Source of the DNA: Myxococcales bacterium | GTDB taxonomy: Bacteria > Myxococcota_A > UBA9042 > JABWCM01 > BTVJ01 | Direction: 5' to 3' | Assembly (NCBI GenBank): GCA_045863395.1 | Contig: BTVJ01000095.1 | Span: 1 to 27,668 of the forward strand | DNA length: 27,668 nucleotides | Shown here: piece after piece, positions 9,018 to 16,832 of the stretch | Numbering within the stretch: the first letter of the stretch is position 1 | How the letters are laid out: every line of letters begins with the position of its first letter | Made by a program: the position numbers and the translations under genes | Notes under the pieces: model-generated | Seen by the model: the letters and a program-made list of their open reading frames with translations, nothing else | Database searches by the model: none | What the model was told of the DNA's origin: nothing

Positions 9018-9557
9018 ATGGACACGCCCCCCCTGTCGCCGGAGGCTCGGCGTTATCTGCTGGACGCGTTGCTGACGGCGTTCGGATCCACCGCCGGAGC
9101 GCGGCTGCTGCTGCGCCAGGCCGGCGTCCCCGTCGACCTGCTGGACCTCTCGCGCCCGGTGACGGCCCTGTGGGAGGACGCCCTGGACCTGGCCCTCGGG
9201 CGCGGACAGCTCGAGGACCTGCGGGCGTCGGCTGCGGCCCACCACCCGGAGGCGGGCGCCTTCACGCTGCCGCTGGACGCCCTGGACGGCTCAGAGGCGT
9301 CGCCCGTGCCGCCTGCGCCGGCCAACGTGGTCCGCAAGCTCACCCGCGTGCTGGCGGGCTCCCTGAGCGCCCGGGACCGCGCCGCCCTCCTCGTTGCCCT
9401 AGGCGTGGAGGGCCCGGCCTCGGATCCGTCCGCTGCCGTGGAGGCCATCGCCCACGCAGGGCTGCTGCGGGAGGCCTGGGACCGCATCCGGGAAGAGCGC
9501 CCGCGGGCCCTGACGCTGCCCTACCCCGTGGATCTTTCCCGCCCTGACGCGCCGTGA
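9018..9557 (+). CDS. Effector-associated domain (EAD1-like) protein with a second EAD/Death-like helical domain
   Basis: N-half [33 protein letters not shown]...[27 protein letters not shown] fits the EAD1 pattern. C-half ends [15 protein letters not shown]. There is no SD, but TTCCGC-N17-TAGGGT ends 8 nt before the ATG (near-leaderless). Confidence 0.65.
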   Translation: MDTPPLSPEARRYLLDALLTAFGSTAGARLLLRQAGVPVDLLDLSRPVTALWEDALDLALGRGQLEDLRASAAAHHPEAGAFTLPLDALDGSEASPVPPAPANVVRKLTRVLAGSLSARDRAALLVALGVEGPASDPSAAVEAIAHAGLLREAWDRIREERPRALTLPYPVDLSRPDAP

Positions 9558-9600
9558 TAGCATCCGCGACCCGTCGAGAACCGACTATCAGGAGGACACC

Positions 9601-10374
9601 ATGAAGATGAGGACCACGCTCGCCGCCGCGCTTTGCGCCGTCGCCGTGTCGGGCTGCAAGAGTGAGCAGGCCCCCGCCCCGAAGGCACCCGAGGCCAGCT
9701 CCACGGCCCAGGAGGGCACCGCCGCCAGCCCTGACAAGAAGGAGGCCGCCAAGGCGCCCCAAGCCGCCGCCGCCACGACCGCCACCGAGGACGTCCGCCC
9801 GCCGAAGGCCGAGGATCTGCCGGGCTACATCGCCGACCTCGCGGGGAGCGGGCCGCTGATGGCGACCTTCGACACGTCCATGGGCACCATCCACTGCACC
9901 TTGTATGAGAAGGAGGCGCCGATGACCGTCGCCAACTTCGTCGGCCTGGCGCGGGGCCTGAAGGCATACACCGACCCCAACACCAACCAGAAGGCGCGCA
10001 AGCCCTTCTTCGACGGCCTCAAGTTCCACCGGGTGATCCCCAACTTCATGATCCAGGGCGGCGACCCGCTGGGCCAGGGCACGGGCGGTCCTGGCTATCG
10101 CTTCGGGGACGAGTTCGTGCCGTCGCTCCGCCACGACAAGCCCGGCCGCCTCTCCATGGCCAACGCGGGCCCCGGGACGAACGGGAGCCAGTTCTTCGTC
10201 ACGGAGCGGCCCACCCCCCACCTGGACAACCGCCACACCATCTTCGGCCAGTGCGACGAGGTGGACGTGGTGCAGAAGATGGCCCGCGTGGACAAGGCCC
10301 CCAACGACCCCACCCAGTCCAAGCCCGCGGTCGACGTGGTCGTCAACAAGGTGACCATCAGCCGGGGCAAGTAG
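9601..10374 (+). CDS. Cyclophilin-type peptidyl-prolyl cis-trans isomerase, lipoprotein
   Basis: Lipobox VSGC and Ala/Pro linker. Motifs [63 protein letters not shown]. Confidence 0.96.
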   Translation: MKMRTTLAAALCAVAVSGCKSEQAPAPKAPEASSTAQEGTAASPDKKEAAKAPQAAAATTATEDVRPPKAEDLPGYIADLAGSGPLMATFDTSMGTIHCTLYEKEAPMTVANFVGLARGLKAYTDPNTNQKARKPFFDGLKFHRVIPNFMIQGGDPLGQGTGGPGYRFGDEFVPSLRHDKPGRLSMANAGPGTNGSQFFVTERPTPHLDNRHTIFGQCDEVDVVQKMARVDKAPNDPTQSKPAVDVVVNKVTISRGK

Positions 10375-10395
10375 ACCGCTCGGGCCTGCTCGGGC

Positions 10396-11106
10396 CTACT
10401 CGGAGAAGAGGTCGAGGACCGCGCCGTTGTCGTGGGGCGTCAGACCCTCCGCGAGGGCTACGAGGGCAGCGGCGGCCTCCTCGGGCGAGCGGTAGCCCTC
10501 CAGATCCGACTTCATCAGGAACCCTGCGAGCATGTCCGTGGCGACCATGCCCGGGCCCACCGAGACGACTGCCAGGGGGGCGCTCGCCACCTCCGAGGCA
10601 AGCGCCTGGGTGAGCCCCTCCAGCGCGAACTTCCCGGCGATGTAGCCTGCGCAGTCGGGCATGCCGTGCCGCCCGAGCCACGACGAGATGTTGATCACGA
10701 AGGCGTCGCGGCCACCGCGCAGGTGGGGGAGCGCCGCCCGCGTCATGAGGAACGTGCCGACCGCGTTCACCTCGAGGCAGCGGCGCAGGTCGTCGACGGG
10801 GTACGCGTCGAAGGGCACCCGGGCGCCGAGCTCGCCGGCGTTGTTGATCAGGCCTCCGACGCTGCCAAAGGCCCGGACCGTCTCTCGCATCACGTGGATC
10901 ACGTCGTGCTCCTGCCCCACGTCGCACCGGACGGCCAGCGCCTGCCCTCCCGCCTCCCGGATCTCGGCGGCGACCGCCTGGATGGATGCTCCCGAGCGCG
11001 CGACCAGGGTGACCCGCGCGCCACAGCGAGCCAGCGACTTCGCGGTCGCGGCGCCGATGCCCCGGCTCGCGCCCGTCACGATGATGGACCGACCCTCCAG
11101 CTTCAT
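10396..11106 (-). CDS. SDR family oxidoreductase
   Basis: SD AGGAGG; VTGASRGIG, INNAG, INISS, YIAGK. Starts 10 nt after the kinase stop, so probably the same operon. Confidence 0.92.
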   Translation of the reverse strand: MKLEGRSIIVTGASRGIGAATAKSLARCGARVTLVARSGASIQAVAAEIREAGGQALAVRCDVGQEHDVIHVMRETVRAFGSVGGLINNAGELGARVPFDAYPVDDLRRCLEVNAVGTFLMTRAALPHLRGGRDAFVINISSWLGRHGMPDCAGYIAGKFALEGLTQALASEVASAPLAVVSVGPGMVATDMLAGFLMKSDLEGYRSPEEAAAALVALAEGLTPHDNGAVLDLFSE

Positions 11107-11116
11107 GCGCAACCTC

Positions 11117-12763
11117 CTACCGCCGGCGGCGGTTTCGCACCAGTGACAGCGCCAGCAGGGCACCGAATCCCCAGGCGCAAGAGCCGGCCACGCGCACGCC
11201 CTCCGCGTCGCCGTGCAGGCGGAACACGGCCAGCAGCGCCACGCTCGTGATGGTGAACCCGGCCCAGATGAGCTGGTGGCCCACCACGACGACGGCGCGC
11301 CCGGCGTCCCGCACGTCCCGCGACCGCAGGTCCACGCGCCCCCGGTTCAGGTTCGTGACCAGCTTCTTCACCTCGCCGGGCAGGCTGAGGTACTGGAGCC
11401 CCACCTCGCGCGTGGTCTCCAGGGCGAAGCTGGTGAAGTCCCGGTCGCGCAGGACCAGCCGCTCCACGTAAGGGCGGATCAGGGCCATGGGCCGCAGCGA
11501 CTCGTCCAGCGTGGTGCAGAGCCCCGTCAGCAGCAGCAGCGTCCGCTCGAGGAGGATCCACTCGCGCGGGATGTGGAACGCCTCCCCCAGCTCGCGGAGG
11601 CCGATGTCCATGCGCCGCAGGTCCACCAGCGCGTCCAGCGCCTCCTGCGGGTCGATGCGCACGTCCTTGAGGTGGAAGCTGTCGACGCGCACCGTCCGGG
11701 TCACCCGCTCGTGGACCAGCTCCACGACGCGCTGCAGCACCTCGTCGTTCGGCCCGCCGCGGTCGGCGAAGCCCATGGTGTGCAGCGCCGCGCAGATCTT
11801 GTCCGTGTTGGCCGCCAGCACCCCGTTGAGGAACTCGACGATGCCCTCGCGCATCTGCGGGCCCAGCTCGGCGACGGCGCCGAAGTCGACCAGGGCGATG
11901 CGACCGTCGGGCGTGACCAGGATGTTCCCCGGGTGGGGGTCGGCGTGGTAGACGCCGTCCTCGAAGATCTGTTTGCACCAGGCGTGCACCAGCTTGACCG
12001 CCAACGCGCGGCGGTCCACACCCCGCGCATCCAGGGCGGAGCGGTTCGTGATCTTGGTGCCGTCGACCCAGTCGGTGGTCAGGACCCGGGCGGTGGACAG
12101 CTCCCAGGCAACGCCCGGCATGCACACGTCGCCGCTGCCCTCGAAGTTCTTCGCGATGCGCTCCAGGTTGCGCCCCTCGGCCTGGAAGTCGAGCTCCGCG
12201 AGGATCATCGCGCGGACCTCCTCGTAGACCGTCATGAGCCCGCGGTGCGGAACAAAGAGACCCACGAGGCGCAGGATGCCCCGCATGGTGCGCAGGTCCA
12301 CCCGGACCGTGCGGTCGACGTCCGGGTGCTGGACCTTGACGGCGACCTCTCGGCCGTCGTGTGTGCGCGCGCGATGCACCTGCCCCAGGGAGGCGCTGGC
12401 AACAGGGACCTCGTCGAAGGCCTCGAAGAGCTCTGCCGGGCCGCGGCCCAGCTCCTCCCGCAGCCTGCGCTGCACGTGCCCCGGGCTCGACGGCGCCACC
12501 GCGTCCTGGAGCCCCTCCAGCTCACGGCGAAACTCGTCGGGCAGGAAGTTGGTCATGATGCTGAAGAGCTGGCCAATCTTGATGAACAGCCCCTTCAGGG
12601 ACACGATGGCGCGCTGGATGCGGCGGGCGTTCCGTACGTGGCGCTCGCGCAGCGCCGCCCGGGCCCACTCCTCGCTGCGCACCCGCGCGAGCAGGCGCAG
12701 CGAGAGGTAGCTCCCGAGCACGACGAGGGTGGTCCACCAGGCTCTGACGACGCGAGCTGCCAT
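11117..12763 (-). CDS. AarF/ABC1/UbiB family atypical kinase with two C-terminal TM helices
   Basis: FIKIGQ, LQD, ASASLGQVHRA, VAVKVQHP, ELDFQAEG, YHADPHPGN, LVDFG. Start placed at ATG 12763; the track extension overlaps a real plus-strand gene. Confidence 0.93.
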   Translation of the reverse strand: MAARVVRAWWTTLVVLGSYLSLRLLARVRSEEWARAALRERHVRNARRIQRAIVSLKGLFIKIGQLFSIMTNFLPDEFRRELEGLQDAVAPSSPGHVQRRLREELGRGPAELFEAFDEVPVASASLGQVHRARTHDGREVAVKVQHPDVDRTVRVDLRTMRGILRLVGLFVPHRGLMTVYEEVRAMILAELDFQAEGRNLERIAKNFEGSGDVCMPGVAWELSTARVLTTDWVDGTKITNRSALDARGVDRRALAVKLVHAWCKQIFEDGVYHADPHPGNILVTPDGRIALVDFGAVAELGPQMREGIVEFLNGVLAANTDKICAALHTMGFADRGGPNDEVLQRVVELVHERVTRTVRVDSFHLKDVRIDPQEALDALVDLRRMDIGLRELGEAFHIPREWILLERTLLLLTGLCTTLDESLRPMALIRPYVERLVLRDRDFTSFALETTREVGLQYLSLPGEVKKLVTNLNRGRVDLRSRDVRDAGRAVVVVGHQLIWAGFTITSVALLAVFRLHGDAEGVRVAGSCAWGFGALLALSLVRNRRRR

Positions 12764-12855
12764 GTTGGCGGGCGAGTATGCCACACCTGCCCGGTTCCGC
12801 CACCCCCGCCTGGGCGCCGGAGTGGCCCCTGGGCGGTGGCCCCGAACGGGAAGTC

Positions 12856-12884
12856 TTGACAGTTCCTCGCCTTCACGAGACTTT
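12856..12884 (+). promoter_or_regulatory. Candidate sigma70-type promoter
   Basis: Perfect TTGACA at 12856-12861, N17, weak -10 GACTTT. Confidence 0.4.
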
Positions 12885-12913
12885 ACCCGCGCTCGGGGGG
12901 AGTGAGGCGCAGG

Positions 12914-13408
12914 ATGAGTGACAAGTCGAAGGGGAAGCGCGGTCAGGACCCGGCGGACGACGATGCGCGCGAGCCCGACTGGTTCAACCTCTCCCGGAAG
13001 CTCGAGGGCTTCGTGCCGGACGTGGTCCGCCGCGCGGTGGTCACGGGCGTGCGCTCGTTCCTGCAGACCGAGGAGGGGCTCCGCAGCGTCCTCGGCGCCA
13101 TGGTGCCGAAGGAGGCGATCCACTACATCGCCCAGCAGCTCGACAGCTCCAAGAACGACGTGCTGCGGGTCGTGTCGCGGGAGCTGCGCGACTTCCTGGG
13201 GCAGATCGATCTCGGCGGCGAGGTCCAGAAGATCCTGACCAGCATCAGCTTCGAGATCACGACCCAGATCCGCTTCATCCCCAACGAGAAGGCCGTCAAG
13301 CCGGACGTGAAGGCCGGGGTGCGCGTCAAGCGCAACATGAAGGCGAAGAAGCAGACCGCGGAAGGGGAGCAGGACGAGGTCCTGGAGGACAGCGACGAGG
13401 TCGTATAG
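12914..13408 (+). CDS. Helical hypothetical protein (possibly phasin-like)
   Basis: Strong codon bias; amphipathic core VPDVVRRAVVTGVRSFLQTEEGLR...RELRDFL...EITTQIRFIP; charged tails. Confidence 0.8.
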   Translation: MSDKSKGKRGQDPADDDAREPDWFNLSRKLEGFVPDVVRRAVVTGVRSFLQTEEGLRSVLGAMVPKEAIHYIAQQLDSSKNDVLRVVSRELRDFLGQIDLGGEVQKILTSISFEITTQIRFIPNEKAVKPDVKAGVRVKRNMKAKKQTAEGEQDEVLEDSDEVV

Positions 13409-13485
13409 AGGCCCGTCCCCGTGGCCGGCGCGCGCCGGTCGCCATGGGACGCGGTTCGAGGCGCGCACAGCGCGGGAGAAGACGC

Positions 13486-14655
13486 ATGAAGGATTCGCGC
13501 AAGCGATGGAAGGAGGGCGATTTCCTCGCCCGGGTCGCCGAGCTTCGGGGGGTCCCACAGCCCCCGCCGGAGATCGTCGAGGGGCGGCGCAAGGCGCGGG
13601 CCGAGGCGAGCGGCGGCCGGGTCCGTGAGGTCGCGACCCGCCTGCTGGACATGGCGCCCGGCGCGCCGGAGCCCTACGTGGTCATCGCCGAGGCGGTCGA
13701 CCTGCTGGTGTGCCACATGCCGCGGGAGATCCGCGCGCTGACGCGCAACTGGCCGGCCCCGACGACCCGCGTGGCCCACGAGATCCGGGGCCTGTGCTTC
13801 GCCGCAGGCGGGTTCCAGACAGAGGCCGAGGACTCGCTCATCGAGTCGCTGCGGCAGGGGGAGATCGACGTCCCGGCGGCGCTCCTGGCGGCGAGGGCCG
13901 CGGCCCTCATCGACCGTGACGTGGCGGAGACCTTCCTCGGGGAGCTGGCCACGCGCCCCATCGGGCTGAAGGAGCGAGAGATCGTCTACAGCATGCTCGA
14001 CGACCTGGCGGCGCCTCCGTCATCGGCGCGCCATCGGGGCAAGCCCCCCGAGGAGGCATGGCTCGTCCAGGCGCTGAACTACTCGGAGGACGTGGAGGGG
14101 CCCGCGCCCGTCGCCGCGACGGCCGGCGCGACGGGACCAACGGCACAGACGGAGGGGGAGCACACGGCGTCGGTCAACGCGCTCACGCGCCTGCTGGAGA
14201 GCGAGGCGGACGAGTCGGCGGTCGCCCAGGGCGGCAAGGACCTCTCGCGCCGCTACCTGCGGTGGAACCCGGCGGGTCGCTGGGAGAAGATGAAGGTCCG
14301 GGAGAACCAGAAGGTGCGCCCCGGCATCCACGCGGACGACGCCGTGCCGCGGCTCCAGCACGAGGTGCAGCTCCAGGACTGCGAGGAGCAGAACGCGCTG
14401 GTCATCTACCTCGGGTTCCAGCAGCACCGCAAGGTCGGGCGCATGCTGGACCGCCGCACGTCCCCGGCGGAGCTGGTCGAGATGATGAAGGAGCTGGACC
14501 TGCCGCTGTTCGTGGTGCCCGTCGGGCGAGACAAGACGATGACCGTGGCCATCTCGCTGCCGGACCTGTGGCCTGGGCAGGCCCGCTGCCTGCCCGGGGA
14601 CACGCTGCTCACCCTCACCTGGGCAACGGCCCGGGCCGAGGCGCGGGACGCCTGA
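13486..14655 (+). CDS. Hypothetical protein (helical/TPR-like N-half, unknown C-terminal domain)
   Basis: ATG at 13486 after GGGAGA; host-like codon usage; no recognisable catalytic motif. Confidence 0.75.
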   Translation: MKDSRKRWKEGDFLARVAELRGVPQPPPEIVEGRRKARAEASGGRVREVATRLLDMAPGAPEPYVVIAEAVDLLVCHMPREIRALTRNWPAPTTRVAHEIRGLCFAAGGFQTEAEDSLIESLRQGEIDVPAALLAARAAALIDRDVAETFLGELATRPIGLKEREIVYSMLDDLAAPPSSARHRGKPPEEAWLVQALNYSEDVEGPAPVAATAGATGPTAQTEGEHTASVNALTRLLESEADESAVAQGGKDLSRRYLRWNPAGRWEKMKVRENQKVRPGIHADDAVPRLQHEVQLQDCEEQNALVIYLGFQQHRKVGRMLDRRTSPAELVEMMKELDLPLFVVPVGRDKTMTVAISLPDLWPGQARCLPGDTLLTLTWATARAEARDA

Positions 14656-14725
14656 CGGCTCCGCGGGGCTGCCAGCGGCGGCCCGGACGCGCGCGCATCC
14701 GCCGCGGCCACAGTGCCCGGCGCGT

Positions 14726-15961
14726 CTACCCCTCTTCCAGCGAGTGGACCACGAGGCCGCTGCGCAGCTTCGGCTCGAACCACGTGGACTTGGGGGGCAT
14801 GACCTGGCCCGCGTCCGCCACGGACATGAGCTGCTCCAGGGACGTGGGGTAGAGCGAGAACGCGACGGCCCAGCCGCGCGCCACGCGCCGCTCCAGCTCC
14901 CCGGTCCCCCGGATGCCCCCCACGAAGTCGATGCGCTGGTCGGTCCTCGGGTCGCCGATGCCGAGCACGGGCGCGAGCAGGTTGTCCTGCAGGATGGCCA
15001 CGTCCAGGGAGCGCACGGGATCGGTCTCCGGGAACGAGCCTGTGCGGGGCCGGAGGGCGTACCACTGCCCGCCGAGGAGCATGCGGAAGGTCCTCGGCTC
15101 GCTCGGAGAGGCGTCGGCGGCGGGGGCCACCTCAAATCGGTCCGTGACCGCGGCGAGGAAGGCGGCCTGGTCGAGCCCATGGAGGTCGCGCACCACCCGG
15201 TTGTAGGCGAGGATCCGGAGCTGGTCGTGGGGGAAGACCACCGCCAGGAACCGGTTGTACGCCTCCTGGCCGGTGTGGTTCTGGTTGCGGCCCTGGCGCA
15301 GCGCGCGGGTGCGGGAGGCTGACGCAGCGCGGTGGTGACCGTCAGCGACGTAGAACGCACCAACCTGGGCATATGCGCTACGAAACGCCTCGATCTTCGC
15401 CGATTCCGTCACGGCCCACAGCATGTGACGCACTCCCTCGGCCTCGACCTCGGCCGTGGGAGGCGCGTCCGCCACCGCGGCCGCCAGCCCGTCCAGAGAC
15501 GTGTCGGCGTGGTACGCGAGGAAGACCGGCCCCGCGTTGGCCCCGATGGCGTCGGTGTGCCGGGCCCGGTCGTCCTCCTTGTCCCGGCGCGTGTGCTCGT
15601 GCTTCTTGATGAGGCCGCGGTCATAGTCGTCCACGGACGCGACGCCCATCACGCCGGTCTGCACGTGGGAGCCCCAGACGAGGCGATAGACGTAGTAGGC
15701 AGGCGCCGGGTCCTGCTGGAGAACCCCAGCCGCCAGGAATCGCCGAAAGTTGGACGCGGCCGTCTCGTAGACGATGTCGGCGTGGATGTCCACGTCCTCG
15801 GGCAGATCCACCTCGGGGCGGGTCACGTGCAGCAGAGAGCGCGGCTTGCCCGCCACGCGCTCCCGGGCCTCCTCGCTGTTGACCACGTCATAGGGCGGGC
15901 ACGCCACCTCGGCGAGCAGCTCCGTTGGGGGACGGAGCCCCCGAAACGCGCGAAAGTCCAT
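14726..15961 (-). CDS. DUF1015 family protein
   Basis: SD AGGAGG; FRGLRP, PPYDVV, IKKHEHTR, YVADGHHR, ILAYNRVV, IDFVGGIRG, MPPKSTWFEPKLRSGL. Confidence 0.93.
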   Translation of the reverse strand: MDFRAFRGLRPPTELLAEVACPPYDVVNSEEARERVAGKPRSLLHVTRPEVDLPEDVDIHADIVYETAASNFRRFLAAGVLQQDPAPAYYVYRLVWGSHVQTGVMGVASVDDYDRGLIKKHEHTRRDKEDDRARHTDAIGANAGPVFLAYHADTSLDGLAAAVADAPPTAEVEAEGVRHMLWAVTESAKIEAFRSAYAQVGAFYVADGHHRAASASRTRALRQGRNQNHTGQEAYNRFLAVVFPHDQLRILAYNRVVRDLHGLDQAAFLAAVTDRFEVAPAADASPSEPRTFRMLLGGQWYALRPRTGSFPETDPVRSLDVAILQDNLLAPVLGIGDPRTDQRIDFVGGIRGTGELERRVARGWAVAFSLYPTSLEQLMSVADAGQVMPPKSTWFEPKLRSGLVVHSLEEG

Positions 15962-16145
15962 CGACTCCTCCTGCGGGCTTGTCCCCTGTCTGGGAGCGCA
16001 CGGTACAACGGGGCCGCGCCGCGGGCAACCGTGGCACTGCGAGATCCCCCGGGCGCCGCGTGCTTCAGGTGCGGGAGGCTCTCCGACGCGGGAATGGAGT
16101 GCATCGCATTGCGCCCAGGGCCGCGGTCGGGCAGCATCTCCCGCC

Positions 16146-16832
16146 ATGATGGGCTCCGCACGCCTCGCCACGGTCGTCTTGTGCCTCTTCGCCGGAGGGG
16201 CGCGCGCGGGAGATCCGCCCGGCTGGGCGTCACCTTGCCCCGAAGGGCGCTCCGTGTGCGTGCCGCTCGACGTGTGGGTGGTGGACGGGGTAGCGGTGTC
16301 TGCCGCCTGGTTCGCGGAGCAGCTCGCCGAGGCGAACCGGACCTTCGCGGCGGTGGACACGGGGTTTTCGGTGGCGTCCGTGCAGGCGCTGCCGGCGGAG
16401 GTGGGGCACGTCGCGACCCGTGCGGACCGGGACGCCCTCGGCGAGGGCCGGTGGCGCGAGGCGGCGGTCAGCGTCTACGTGGTGGCGCGCCTCGACGACG
16501 TGGACGCGGACGGGCAGATCCGGGGCGTGCACTGGCGGCGAGGCGAGAAGGGAGGCGCGCCGTCCTGGATCATCGTCAGCGCCATCGCGCCGCCCATCGT
16601 GCTCGCCCACGAGCTCGGCCACCGCTTCGGGCTCCGGCATGGGCGGGCGCCGGAGAGCATCATGAACAAGGCGCCGCGGACCGACCCGGACCCCGCCACC
16701 TGGGGCTTCACGACGCGTGAGCAGAGGACGCTGCGGCGGGAGCTGCGGCGGTTCGCGGCGAACGGCGGTGGGCGCGCCCCGGGACCGTCCGGGGGGCGCT
16801 CGGGCCTCACTGGACCAGAGGAGACGCGATGA
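16146..16832 (+). CDS. Secreted zinc metalloprotease (metzincin; M43/M10-like)
   Basis: Signal peptide ending ARA; HELGHRFGLRH zinc motif followed by Met-turn ESIM. Stop overlaps the next start (ATGA). Confidence 0.8.
   Translation: MMGSARLATVVLCLFAGGARAGDPPGWASPCPEGRSVCVPLDVWVVDGVAVSAAWFAEQLAEANRTFAAVDTGFSVASVQALPAEVGHVATRADRDALGEGRWREAAVSVYVVARLDDVDADGQIRGVHWRRGEKGGAPSWIIVSAIAPPIVLAHELGHRFGLRHGRAPESIMNKAPRTDPDPATWGFTTREQRTLRRELRRFAANGGGRAPGPSGGRSGLTGPEETR

Noticed and set aside
10378..10403. GCTCGGGCCT direct repeat between convergent genes
   Set aside because: Two 10-bp GC-rich copies with no hairpin or U-tract; no supportable function.
14656..14725. Possible terminator hairpin between convergent genes
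   Set aside because: Imperfect stem with no U-tract; such pairing is expected by chance at this GC content.
14726..15961. DUF1015 DGHHR (ParB/Srx-like) motif as a sign of a defence or partition system
   Set aside because: The motif is intrinsic to this widespread family and no partner genes are adjacent.
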